A DNA stretch of 64,000 nt from an uncultured Planctomycetia bacterium (GTDB lineage Bacteria; Omnitrophota; Gorgyraeia; 2-02-FULL-51-18), in NCBI GenBank assembly GCA_964642015.1, contig CAZXLF010000001.1, forward strand, positions 254,375-318,374, in the 5' to 3' direction. This document shows positions 49,909 through 59,133 of the stretch, in pieces (the stretch's first letter is position 1; each line of letters starts with the position of its first letter). Made by a program: the position numbers and the translations under genes. The notes under the pieces are model-generated. The model ran no database searches. It saw only the letters and a program-made list of their open reading frames with translations, and had not been told where the DNA came from.

Positions 49909-51130
49909 TAAAGACTTTAAGGTCGATATAACCGATCAAAGTTATTTACGGCCTATGATCGATTCTTTCTTGGGATGGCTTGATAAAAACGGCTATGCCG
50001 GCTATGACGCGTATGATCTGTGGGCTACGCGATACGGAATTTTTTCAAGGAAGATCTATTACAAGAACAAATTTTTATCCGCGCCTTTTGTTGCGCCGGT
50101 CGTATTGGCGGAGATGCTTTGCCCTGGCTTGAGCCGTTTGTTTTTACGGAGGCACCGCTTTGCGATCGCTGACGCGCATTTTATCTTGGGTTATCTAAAT
50201 CTTTTTTCGGCGACGAAAGAAGAGCGATATCTTAAAGAAGCGACCAAGCTTTCGGATGAATTATTGGGCCAAAGCGTCAGCGGGTATTCCGGCATATGCT
50301 GGGGCTATCCATTTGACTGGCAAAATAACCGCGGGCTCTGGAAAAAGGGAACGCCTTTTGTCACCGTAACGCCTTATGGCATGGAAGCGATGCTTGCGCT
50401 ATATGATGCGACAAAGGATAAAAAATATCTGGATCAAGCGCTTTCAAGCGCACAGTTCATTTTGAAAGATATCCGTGATACCAAAACCTCGGATGACGCG
50501 TCGGCATGCTCTTATTCGCCGCTGGATGAAAGCAAAGTCGTGAACGCGAGCGCTTACCGCGCTTTTGCGCTTACGGAAGCGTTCCATAGATCCCAGCAAA
50601 AAGAATTTCAGGAAAAAGCGCTGAGGAATCTCAATTTTGTGCTTCAAAGTCAAAAACCCGACGGTTCATGGCTTTATGCCGAAGGCAATTCGCAGGATGC
50701 TTTCATAGATAATTTTCATACTTGTTTTGTGCTGAAAAATCTCTGCAAGCTGAACCGGCATCTAAAAAGCGCGGATGTAGAAGGTGCGATCATTAAGGGT
50801 TATGGATATTATAGGAAGCAGCTGTTCGATAAGAGCGGGGAGCCCAAACCTTTTGCTGGAACAAAGAGCGGCCAATTCGTGAGGTATGAGTTGTACGATT
50901 TTGCCGAAGCGATCACATTGGGGACTCTATTAAAAGAAAAAGTATTAGGAGCTTTTGAATTGTCAAAAACGTTAGCAGAAAAGGTGATGAAAAATTACCA
51001 GCTTCGTGACGGACATTTTGTCACGCGTGTTTATAAGTCGGGCACCAAAAACTCCGTACCTTATATCCGCTGGCCTCAAGCGCAGATGTTTTATGCACTG
51101 ACCAGCCTTTTAAAGGAAGTGAGCGGCTGA
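49886..51130 (+). CDS. Uncharacterised six-hairpin/alpha-alpha toroid protein
   Basis: WGYPFDWQ, QKPDGSWLY, IDNFHTCFVL, YIRWPQAQMFYAL; sits directly before asnB. Confidence 0.6.
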   Translation: MEKNLLIDKDFKVDITDQSYLRPMIDSFLGWLDKNGYAGYDAYDLWATRYGIFSRKIYYKNKFLSAPFVAPVVLAEMLCPGLSRLFLRRHRFAIADAHFILGYLNLFSATKEERYLKEATKLSDELLGQSVSGYSGICWGYPFDWQNNRGLWKKGTPFVTVTPYGMEAMLALYDATKDKKYLDQALSSAQFILKDIRDTKTSDDASACSYSPLDESKVVNASAYRAFALTEAFHRSQQKEFQEKALRNLNFVLQSQKPDGSWLYAEGNSQDAFIDNFHTCFVLKNLCKLNRHLKSADVEGAIIKGYGYYRKQLFDKSGEPKPFAGTKSGQFVRYELYDFAEAITLGTLLKEKVLGAFELSKTLAEKVMKNYQLRDGHFVTRVYKSGTKNSVPYIRWPQAQMFYALTSLLKEVSG

Positions 51131-51131
51131 T

Positions 51132-53039
51132 ATGTGCGGCATAGCGGGTGTATTTAATTTCCAAAGTCAAGACACGGTCTCAGAGGAGCTTCTTAAACGG
51201 ATGTGCGACGCGATCAAGCACCGCGGGCCGGATGACGAAGGATTCTTTATCGACCCGGTTTCGCGCGTCGGGTTTGGTCATCGACGGCTCAGCATTATCG
51301 ACCTGTCCGGCGGAAAACAGCCGATGCCGAACGATGCGGAAGATGTCTGGATCGTATTCAACGGTGAGATCTATAATTTTCCGGAACTAAAAAAAGAACT
51401 ATTGGACAAAGGATATGTTTTCAGAAATAGATCCGATACCGAAGTGATCGTGAATCTTTATAAAGAATACGGCGTCGAAGCTTTTGACCGGTTGAATGGC
51501 ATTTTTGCTTTCGCGATCTATGATAAAAAAGATCGCTCAGTGATCCTGGCAAGAGATCGTTTTGGTGTAAAACCGCTTTATTATTGGCTCAATAAAGGGA
51601 AGGTCGTCTTCGCCTCGGAAATGAAGGCAATATTTCAAGATGAGTCTGTCCCGAAAGAGTTGGATACGGAATCGCTGGATAGCTTCCTAACTTTTCGTTA
51701 TAACCCTTCCCCGCAAACGATGTTCAAGGGTGTTAAAAAATTGTACCCGGGACATTATCTGAAGATCGAACTGGACAAAGGATGGGAACTTAAAAGTTTT
51801 ACTCAAGACAGCCCGAGGATCGACGTGCGTATCAGCGAGCAAGATGCTGTCGCGGAATATAGAAGACTTCTCGAAGCGGCGGTCAAGCGTCAAATGATCA
51901 GCGATGTGCCGGTAGGCCTTTTCTTAAGCGGGGGCGTGGACTCGGCGGTGCTTGGAGTGCTGATGCAGAAGCACTATAAGGAAAAAATAAACACGTTCAC
52001 GATCGGCTTTGAAGGGCAGGGTGATTACAACGAGCTGGAAGACGCGAGAGTGTCCGCAAAGCTGATCGGCTCCGATCATCATGAGATGACGCTGTCGCAG
52101 GCGGATTATATGAAATTTTTTTATGAATCATTCACCGTCACGGAGGAACCGATCGCTGAGACGACGATCCCGGCGCTTTACTATGTATCCAAGCTTGCGG
52201 CCAAGCACCTTAAGGTGGTGCTGGCAGGCCAAGGGGCAGATGAGCCGATGGCGGGTTATCACCGGTATCTGGGAGCGCATTTTATAGGGAAGTACGGAAA
52301 TATTTTGAAAGCATTGCCGCTTGGACTTGCGTCAAAATTCATCCCCCGGAATGAGCGCTTCAAAAGAGCTGTCTATGTGAGTCGTTTTTCCGGGGAGCTC
52401 GAAAAGATCCTTGCGATCTATACGATCTTTGATCCCGAACAGAAAAAACTCCTTTATAACGGCCGGGCGCACACGAATGGAAATAATGTTAATGAAACCA
52501 TAACGAACCGGCTGTATGCCGAAGCCAAAGATCTGCCGGATATGCTTTCAAAAATTCTATACATAGATACGCGAATGAGCTTACCGGACGATCTTTTGCT
52601 TTTCAACGACAAGATCACAATGGCCAATTCTCTGGAAATGCGCGTACCTTTTCTGGATATAGAACTTGTAAAATTTCTGGAATCTCTGCCTTCGTCGATG
52701 AAATTGAAGGGCACGCAGCGCAAGTATATCCATAAAAAAGCTGTCGAGGCGTGGCTGCCGAATGAGATCATTTATAGGAAGAAAAGGGGATTTATGACAC
52801 CGATGGATGAATGGCTGCAGAATGATATGGCATTGACGGTAAAAAAGATCGTTAATGATAAAGCATCGGCTTCCAGGAAGTTTTTTGATGTGGGATATAT
52901 CGACAGAATGATCGATCTTCACAGAGCTAGGAAGGAAAATTATCAGCGCCACATTTTCGCGCTTTTGTCATTCGAGCTTTGGTATAAAACTTTTTTTGAA
53001 AATAAAACTTTTGTAGTGCCCCAGCTTATAGGTCAATAA
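51132..53039 (+). CDS. asnB: Asparagine synthase-like glutamine amidotransferase (probably amidates polysaccharide)
   Basis: MCGIAG, HRGPD, HRRLSIID, FNGEIYN, RDRFGVKPLYY, LSGGVDS, GQGADE, SLEMRVPFLD. Confidence 0.93.
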   Translation: MCGIAGVFNFQSQDTVSEELLKRMCDAIKHRGPDDEGFFIDPVSRVGFGHRRLSIIDLSGGKQPMPNDAEDVWIVFNGEIYNFPELKKELLDKGYVFRNRSDTEVIVNLYKEYGVEAFDRLNGIFAFAIYDKKDRSVILARDRFGVKPLYYWLNKGKVVFASEMKAIFQDESVPKELDTESLDSFLTFRYNPSPQTMFKGVKKLYPGHYLKIELDKGWELKSFTQDSPRIDVRISEQDAVAEYRRLLEAAVKRQMISDVPVGLFLSGGVDSAVLGVLMQKHYKEKINTFTIGFEGQGDYNELEDARVSAKLIGSDHHEMTLSQADYMKFFYESFTVTEEPIAETTIPALYYVSKLAAKHLKVVLAGQGADEPMAGYHRYLGAHFIGKYGNILKALPLGLASKFIPRNERFKRAVYVSRFSGELEKILAIYTIFDPEQKKLLYNGRAHTNGNNVNETITNRLYAEAKDLPDMLSKILYIDTRMSLPDDLLLFNDKITMANSLEMRVPFLDIELVKFLESLPSSMKLKGTQRKYIHKKAVEAWLPNEIIYRKKRGFMTPMDEWLQNDMALTVKKIVNDKASASRKFFDVGYIDRMIDLHRARKENYQRHIFALLSFELWYKTFFENKTFVVPQLIGQ

Positions 53040-53163
53040 GTTCAATAACTAGTGTCGATATCATCAATAATTAATAAAAATTAATCCTATTTTAATATTT
53101 TTTTAATCATACATTTTATATGATAAGCACGTATTACTTATACGCAAAGATCGTAAAAGTCTG

Positions 53164-53192
53164 TTGCACTTGACCCATTGAATTAGTATAAT
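53164..53192 (+). promoter_or_regulatory. Putative sigma70 promoter
   Basis: TTGCAC (53164-53169)-N17-TATAAT (53187-53192) after an AT-rich spacer. Confidence 0.55.
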
Positions 53193-53202
53193 GCTACCCG
53201 CT

Positions 53203-54087
53203 ATGGAAGCTGTAATGGAAGCCAACAACTTATATCTGGACCACACCGAAAAGAAGAAAAGGGCGCTTATTTTCGGCTCTTTGGTCGATCCCTTGACGAT
53301 GGAAGAGACGCTGCAAAGCGTCGAGCGGATCGTTGACTCCCGCCAGACCGTCCAGCATGTTGTGATCAATGTCGCGAAGCTCGTGTTGATGCAGAAGGAC
53401 GAACATCTCAGGCAGATCGTGAACTCTTGCGGACTTATCAATTGCGACGGGCAGGGCGTGATCATGGGTGCCAAATTTTTGGGCATGCGGATCCCCGAGC
53501 GTGTGACCGGCATCGATCTTTTTTTGAATCTCGTCGAACGTTCCGAGCAGAAGGGCTATAAGCTGTATTTCTTCGGTGCGACAGAGCAAGTTGTTCAAAA
53601 AACGATCCGCGAGCTCCGGTCACAATACCCTGATCTAAAGATCGCCGGTTATCATAATGGTTATTACTCTCGCGAGCAGGAAGCGGAGATCGTTCAGGAC
53701 ATCAAAGCATCCGGTGCCGATATTTTGTTTGTCGCGATGAGCTCGCCTCAGAAAGAAATTTTTTTGAACAAATATATTCATGAAATGAACGTGCCTTTTG
53801 TAATGGGCGTCGGCGGCAGTTTTGATATTGTAGCCGGAGTGACTTTTAGAGCGCCTCTTTGGATGCAGAAAGCAGGGCTTGAATGGTTCCACCGCCTTTT
53901 GAATGAGCCCGCACGTATGTGGAAAAGATATCTTACTTCGAACAGTATCTTTTTGTGGATGCTGATCAAGGCGAAGCTTTTTGGCAAGGAAAGATACGGC
54001 TGTTTCCAGGAAGACCGCCGCCAGAACTGGCAGAGAACAGAGCCGGTTGAGGCCTATTTCACGGGCCAGGCCGCCGAAAATCTTTAG
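53203..54087 (+). CDS. WecB/TagA/CpsF (WecG-like) glycosyltransferase
   Basis: INVAK, NCDGQ, ERVTGIDL, AMSSPQKE, GVGGSFD, RAPLWMQKAGLEW. Start is uncertain (53191, 53203 or 53215). Confidence 0.9.
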   Translation: MEAVMEANNLYLDHTEKKKRALIFGSLVDPLTMEETLQSVERIVDSRQTVQHVVINVAKLVLMQKDEHLRQIVNSCGLINCDGQGVIMGAKFLGMRIPERVTGIDLFLNLVERSEQKGYKLYFFGATEQVVQKTIRELRSQYPDLKIAGYHNGYYSREQEAEIVQDIKASGADILFVAMSSPQKEIFLNKYIHEMNVPFVMGVGGSFDIVAGVTFRAPLWMQKAGLEWFHRLLNEPARMWKRYLTSNSIFLWMLIKAKLFGKERYGCFQEDRRQNWQRTEPVEAYFTGQAAENL

Positions 54088-54124
54088 TCCGAATAATCCC
54101 CCTCTTATAATATAATATTTCCCC

Positions 54125-54973
54125 ATGAAGCAGGTTTTACGCGCTCAACAAAAGAGCTTTGATATTTTCGATATTCTTGTCGCTGTCTCGGCAGGGATCA
54201 TGTTCGGCCCGACATTTTGCCGTCTCGCGACGCTGGGCTGGATCCAGGCCGATTATACGCACGCTTATTTTATATTTCCCATATTCATTTGGCTTGTCGC
54301 CAGAAAAAAGAAACTGCTTGCCAAAAGCGAAGACCTCTCTTTATTTGGGGCGGTGCTTTTTACCGCGGGGCTTACGGTCTACGTCTTTTCTGCGCTGAGC
54401 CGCTTCATGTTCCTTGAAGGCGTATCGCTTGTCGTCGTGGTGTGGGGCTTATTCAAACTTAAGTTTACGCGCGAGTCATACAAAAAAATACTATTTCCTC
54501 TGGCGTATCTGATATTTCTTATCCCGCCGCCGAAGCTTGTTATCGACACTGTTACGTCACCGCTTAAGATCATCAGCACGGACGGGAGCTATTTTCTTTT
54601 GAAACTGGTGCATCTGCCCGTATCAGTCCACGGCGCTATTCTTAAAGTAGGGGAATATGAGCTTTTCGTGGCGGACGCATGCAGCGGGTTCCGTTCGATG
54701 GTGACGCTTCTGGCGCTCGGCGCGTTGTACTCTTATCTTCAGCCGCTTTCTGCGAAAAAGAAATGGACTCTTTTTTTGTCAACGATCCCATTGGGCATTG
54801 CCGGCAATACGCTGAGACTTTTTTTGACCGGATGCATCGCTCATTTTGCCGGCATCCGCTATGCCGAAGGATTCTTTCATGAATTATCGGGCGCCGTGAT
54901 GTTCATATTTACGGTACTCGGCTTGATGTTCATTTCGACAAAACTCACCAGCAAGCCCAGCTTCAAAACGTGA
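54125..54973 (+). CDS. Exosortase (EpsH/Xrt family)
   Basis: About 8 TMs; YTHAY; LIPPP; catalytic triad VADACSG (Cys), NTLR (Arg), FFHE (His). Confidence 0.9.
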   Translation: MKQVLRAQQKSFDIFDILVAVSAGIMFGPTFCRLATLGWIQADYTHAYFIFPIFIWLVARKKKLLAKSEDLSLFGAVLFTAGLTVYVFSALSRFMFLEGVSLVVVVWGLFKLKFTRESYKKILFPLAYLIFLIPPPKLVIDTVTSPLKIISTDGSYFLLKLVHLPVSVHGAILKVGEYELFVADACSGFRSMVTLLALGALYSYLQPLSAKKKWTLFLSTIPLGIAGNTLRLFLTGCIAHFAGIRYAEGFFHELSGAVMFIFTVLGLMFISTKLTSKPSFKT

Positions 54974-55695
54974 CGCTGAATCGATCTGCTTTTAGGGATT
55001 TGACACTCGCCGTTTTGATGATCGCCGCTTTCTTTCTGGTGATCAGTCATCCCGCCAAAAAGATCAACACGCAAAAAAAACTTTATATCGCTTCGCAGAT
55101 ACCGGAAAAATTCTCGGCATGGGACAGCCGTACCTATGATACGTCCGACTATTCGGATAAATGGCACTCGATCAATGAGCTTTTGATCAGGAATTATTTC
55201 AAGGCCACGCCATTTTCATTCAGAAGCCCAGCGGTCAATATCGGATTCATCACTGAGTTCAGCAGCGATATCCGGCAGAATTTCAGTTTTCATTTTCCGG
55301 AGAATTGTCACCGCGCGGGCGGAAATGATGTCGAGTTTTTGAAGCCGCTCCAAGTGGATCTGGGCAGCGGAAAGCATTTGCTGGCGAAGCGTATTTTCAT
55401 CAAAGGCCGTCTGGCATCCGAAGAAAAAGATGACAAGATCGTGACTTATTGGATCGTCATGGACGGAAAGCAATATTACAGGACGTTCTTTATCAAACTT
55501 GACCAAATGCTTTCAGGACTTCTCACGCACGCGAAACAGGGTATCTTGGTCAGGATCGATTATCAGCAGGATTTTGAATATTCTCCAGAAGGTATCGAGA
55601 AGGCCTCAAAAGTGACAGGGGATTTTATCAAAGACCTGTACGGTTCTCTGGATACCGAAAAAAGACGATTGATCTTCGGTAAAGAACTCGCTTAA
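54970..55695 (+). CDS. EpsI family exosortase-associated protein
   Basis: Single N-terminal TM; IPEKFSAW, HFPENCHRAGG (HxPxxC), VTYW, GILVRI; directly after the exosortase. Confidence 0.8.
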   Translation: MTLNRSAFRDLTLAVLMIAAFFLVISHPAKKINTQKKLYIASQIPEKFSAWDSRTYDTSDYSDKWHSINELLIRNYFKATPFSFRSPAVNIGFITEFSSDIRQNFSFHFPENCHRAGGNDVEFLKPLQVDLGSGKHLLAKRIFIKGRLASEEKDDKIVTYWIVMDGKQYYRTFFIKLDQMLSGLLTHAKQGILVRIDYQQDFEYSPEGIEKASKVTGDFIKDLYGSLDTEKRRLIFGKELA

Positions 55696-55749
55696 GAAGG
55701 CCCGCCGGCTAAATTTGAATTTCATAAATTCATACTGTACACTTTGATT

Positions 55750-55786
55750 GAAGCCGAAGTGAGGACTGTCGGCTTCCAGTTTTTTT
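55750..55786 (+). terminator. Possible intrinsic terminator after epsI
   Basis: GAAGCCGA-N11-TCGGCTTC followed by CAG and a T7 tract. Confidence 0.45.
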
Positions 55787-55823
55787 GGATGCATTTGAAA
55801 AACTTTTATAATAAGAGGACACT

Positions 55824-56126
55824 ATGAAGAAGTCACGATATGGAAAAAAGCGCGCATTGCGCATCAAGACATGCCGCGCTGTCAAATTTCTAGCGGCTTA
55901 CACGCTGATCTACATCGTCGCGTCGTTTTGCTTTCATCTGTCCATGGACCTTAGAAGCAGTAATTTCACACTATGGGAATATGGTTGGCTGGCTGTGAAA
56001 ATACCTGTTTTTGGTTTCTGCCTGATGATGCTTTTCCGCCGCGTGATCATTGATTCCGTGATACGCGTCCGCCGGACGAAATCCTACCGCTTTAATCCAA
56101 ACCGCTCTTCGGCGCTTGCCTCGTAA
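55824..56126 (+). CDS. Small two-TM hypothetical membrane protein
   Basis: GAGGA RBS, basic termini, two hydrophobic helices. Confidence 0.55.
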   Translation: MKKSRYGKKRALRIKTCRAVKFLAAYTLIYIVASFCFHLSMDLRSSNFTLWEYGWLAVKIPVFGFCLMMLFRRVIIDSVIRVRRTKSYRFNPNRSSALAS

Positions 56127-56167
56127 TCCGAGCTATCGTATACTGACCCCACGATCAAGGAGGGCGT

Positions 56168-56911
56168 ATGCGCATAGCAAGATCTTACGGATGGGTACCG
56201 GATGTTCCCGATCACCGCGATTATCTTTATAAAAATATTCGCCGTAAATTACGTCCGCCGAAAAAAATCGACCTGAGGATTTTTTGTTCACCGGTAGAAG
56301 ATCAGGGGCAGCTGGGAAGCTGCACGGCGAATGCGTTGGCAGGCAATATGGAATTTGTGGATGTAAAAACCCCGCCGAGCGGATATGTCGATGTGAGCCG
56401 ACTTTTCATTTACTACAATGAACGCGTGCTGATCCATACGGTCAAGAACGACTCGGGCGCGATGCTGCGTGACGGCATCAAGACGTTGACGAAGCAGGGT
56501 GTTTGCACAGAAAAGAGCTGGCCTTATCTGATAAGTAAATTTACGGATAAACCTCCCCAGACTTGTTTTGATGAAGCCAAGAAGCGCCGCATAATTTCTT
56601 ATCACCGAATCCTCACCCATGAAGAACGCCTATCATGCCTGACTGAAGGGTATCCGTTCGTTTTCGGGTTCACGGTCTATGAAAGCTTTGAGTCCCAAAC
56701 GGTAGCAAAAACAGGGGTGGTGCCGATGCCGTCAAAAGCAGAGCGTACCGTAGGCGGCCACGCGGTCATGGCGGTCGGATATGATGATAAAAGCAAGCGC
56801 TTTTTGGTGCGGAATTCATGGGGAAACGGATGGGGAATGAGCGGATATTTCACAATACCCTATAAATACCTCGATACACTCGCGGATGATTTCTGGACGA
56901 TCAGAAAATAG
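56168..56911 (+). CDS. Papain-family (C1) cysteine peptidase
   Basis: DQGQLGSCTANA (Gln/Cys), SRLFIYYNER, GGHAV (His), RNSWG (Asn). Confidence 0.92.
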   Translation: MRIARSYGWVPDVPDHRDYLYKNIRRKLRPPKKIDLRIFCSPVEDQGQLGSCTANALAGNMEFVDVKTPPSGYVDVSRLFIYYNERVLIHTVKNDSGAMLRDGIKTLTKQGVCTEKSWPYLISKFTDKPPQTCFDEAKKRRIISYHRILTHEERLSCLTEGYPFVFGFTVYESFESQTVAKTGVVPMPSKAERTVGGHAVMAVGYDDKSKRFLVRNSWGNGWGMSGYFTIPYKYLDTLADDFWTIRK

Positions 56912-57040
56912 TTTCTAAACCTTGCAAAGATTCAATTTATGTGAAAATTGATTCAATGTAGCATATTCCAATCCTGTTATTTAAGCTTTAACAATCCTAT
57001 TAATTTTTACACATTGGGGCTTTTTTTAGCAAAGTATGGC

Positions 57041-57069
57041 TTGACTGTATTTTTGCCGTTTGGTAAATT
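57041..57069 (+). promoter_or_regulatory. Putative sigma70 promoter of the PEP-CTERM gene
   Basis: TTGACT-N17-TAAATT with TG extension. Confidence 0.5.
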
Positions 57070-57126
57070 AACCACAGTCGATTTTTAAAAATTAGTCACA
57101 TTAAAATTTTTTTTGAAGGGAACACA

Positions 57127-57873
57127 ATGAAAAAAACATTCCGCGCGATTTTAGCAGTTACAATTTTATCGATCCTCGTGATGCCGAGCGCATTCGCGCA
57201 ATTCAATGTGAATTGGGGCACAAGCCAGGATGATGGGAATTTTGGATACCAGGATCTCGGTACTTGGTTCAAGAACAACGGCTATGCGCCAGACCAAGCC
57301 TCCGGTGAAAATTTCGCGAAGACCGGTTATATCGGCTTCAACGGCGGCGATGCGGATCCTTATTATTTCGGACCGACGACCTCAGCGACTCTTCAGGTGG
57401 TTCAGCGTATAGCGGGTAATGCGGATCTGACGACGTTGGGTTACTATACGGGTTCCGGTGCGGGCAAGACACTCACTCAGGTGCTAGGCCTCAATCAGAA
57501 TGGCCCAGCAACAGTAAATAATTTATCAAATCCATTTGGCTTGTATTTTAGCTCGCCTGATAACTATAGGAGCAGCACATATAACACTTGGTATACGAAC
57601 AGAGCGGAGAATTCTCAAGCGGGTGTTCCCAATAATGCAGGCGGAGATCCTCAGGCGCTGATCTATTCGTTAGGCAAGGGTCAGTGGCTTATCGCATGGG
57701 ATGATATGGACGTGACCACGGGGCTTTCTGACAGAGATTATAACGATGCTTATGTCAAATTGACCACGACCGTGAACCCCGAGCCTGTCAGCTCGCTTCT
57801 TTTTGCTTTGGGCGGTTTGGTGTTGGCTGCGGGTATCTTCATGCAGCAGAGAAAGGCCGTTGCGGTTAGGTAA
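57127..57873 (+). CDS. PEP-CTERM sorting-domain surface protein
   Basis: Signal peptide (SAFA-Q); Gly/Asn/Thr-rich body with WDD..SDRDYND motif; C-terminal NPEP, TM helix and basic tail (RKAVAVR). Confidence 0.88.
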   Translation: MKKTFRAILAVTILSILVMPSAFAQFNVNWGTSQDDGNFGYQDLGTWFKNNGYAPDQASGENFAKTGYIGFNGGDADPYYFGPTTSATLQVVQRIAGNADLTTLGYYTGSGAGKTLTQVLGLNQNGPATVNNLSNPFGLYFSSPDNYRSSTYNTWYTNRAENSQAGVPNNAGGDPQALIYSLGKGQWLIAWDDMDVTTGLSDRDYNDAYVKLTTTVNPEPVSSLLFALGGLVLAAGIFMQQRKAVAVR

Positions 57874-57896
57874 TATTTCATAAATTTATTTTAAAG

Positions 57897-57925
57897 AACG
57901 GGAGTCTTCGGACTCCCGTTTTTTT
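57897..57925 (+). terminator. Rho-independent terminator
   Basis: AACGGGAGTC-TTCG-GACTCCCGTT followed by a T tract (cUUCGg tetraloop). Confidence 0.9.
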
Positions 57926-57964
57926 ATGTCTAAAAAATACTGAAAGATTTCTTATGAGTCTGGT

Positions 57965-59125
57965 ATGATGGTGCGCATGAAAAAAAGAAAAGTAGCGATC
58001 GTGTTCGGTACAAGGCCCGAGGCGATCAAAATGGCGCCGATCGTCAAAACGCTTGAAAAAGACCGCGCCCGCATTCAGCCTGTCGTAGTGGTCACTGCCC
58101 AGCACCGCCACATGCTTGATCAAATCCTCCATATATTTCGCATCAAGGCGGACCATGATCTGAACGTGATGTCGAATAATCAGACTCTCGCCGATATCGT
58201 GTCCGTCTCGGTAACGCGTATCAGCCATGTTTTTGCTCAAGAAAAACCGGACCTTGTTCTGGTCCAGGGCGATACCACGACGAGCTTTATCGCGGCGCTC
58301 GCCGCTTACTTTCATAAGATCCCTATCGGGCATGTCGAAGCGGGTCTGAGGACCTATAATAAATACGAACCATTCCCCGAAGAGATGAATCGCCGCCTTG
58401 CCGGAGTTTTGACCGACTTGCATTTTGCGCCTACAAAGACTTCCTATAATCATCTTGTCAGAGAGGGAGTGGATAAGAAAAATATTTTCATCACCGGCAA
58501 TACGGTCATCGATGCGCTTCTGATGACCGTGAAAAAAAAGTTTGATCTCCGCAAGATCCGGGACGCACATCTTGCGGAAAAATTGTCGAAAGTGGATTTT
58601 AAACGGCGCCGCATTATTTTGGTAACCGCGCACCGCAGGGAAAGTTTCGGCAAACCTTTTCTCAGTATCTGCGGGTCCATCAAAGAGATCGTCGAAAAGA
58701 ACAAAGACGTCGAAGTGATATACCCGGTGCATCTGAATCCTAACGTGCAGGAGCCGGTGAACAAGATCCTCGGAGGGCTTGATCGTGTGCATCTGATCCC
58801 GCCGCTGGATTATGAAGTGTTTACTCAGCTGATGAAAAGAAGTTACCTGATCCTCACGGATTCAGGCGGTGTGCAGGAAGAGGCACCGTCGCTGGGTAAG
58901 CCGGTTTTGGTGATGAGAAATGTTACCGAGCGCCCTGAGGCGGTGAAAGCCGGTACCGTACGTCTGGTCGGAACCGACAAGCGCGTGATCCTGCGCGAAG
59001 TCCAACGGCTTCTTGATAGTAAAAAAGCATATCGGGCCATGTCCCGCAGCCATAATCCCTATGGCGACGGCAAGTCCGCGGCCCGCATTCATAAGATTAT
59101 TCTCCGATATCTGTCTAATAAATAA
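57965..59125 (+). CDS. wecB: UDP-N-acetylglucosamine 2-epimerase (non-hydrolysing)
   Basis: FGTRPEAIKMAP, VQGDT, HVEAGLR, PFPEEMNR, TAHRRES, TDSGGVQEEAP, NPYGDG. Confidence 0.95.
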   Translation: MMVRMKKRKVAIVFGTRPEAIKMAPIVKTLEKDRARIQPVVVVTAQHRHMLDQILHIFRIKADHDLNVMSNNQTLADIVSVSVTRISHVFAQEKPDLVLVQGDTTTSFIAALAAYFHKIPIGHVEAGLRTYNKYEPFPEEMNRRLAGVLTDLHFAPTKTSYNHLVREGVDKKNIFITGNTVIDALLMTVKKKFDLRKIRDAHLAEKLSKVDFKRRRIILVTAHRRESFGKPFLSICGSIKEIVEKNKDVEVIYPVHLNPNVQEPVNKILGGLDRVHLIPPLDYEVFTQLMKRSYLILTDSGGVQEEAPSLGKPVLVMRNVTERPEAVKAGTVRLVGTDKRVILREVQRLLDSKKAYRAMSRSHNPYGDGKSAARIHKIILRYLSNK

Positions 59126-59133
59126 TTAGTACA

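Noticed and set aside
57030-57060. Possible sigma54 promoter before the PEP-CTERM gene (TGGC...TTGC)
   Set aside because: The GG-to-GC spacing does not fit -24/-12; a sigma70-like match fits better.
57878-58792. 304-aa minus-strand ORF
   Set aside because: It lies antisense to the highly conserved wecB and has no motifs; a typical shadow ORF.
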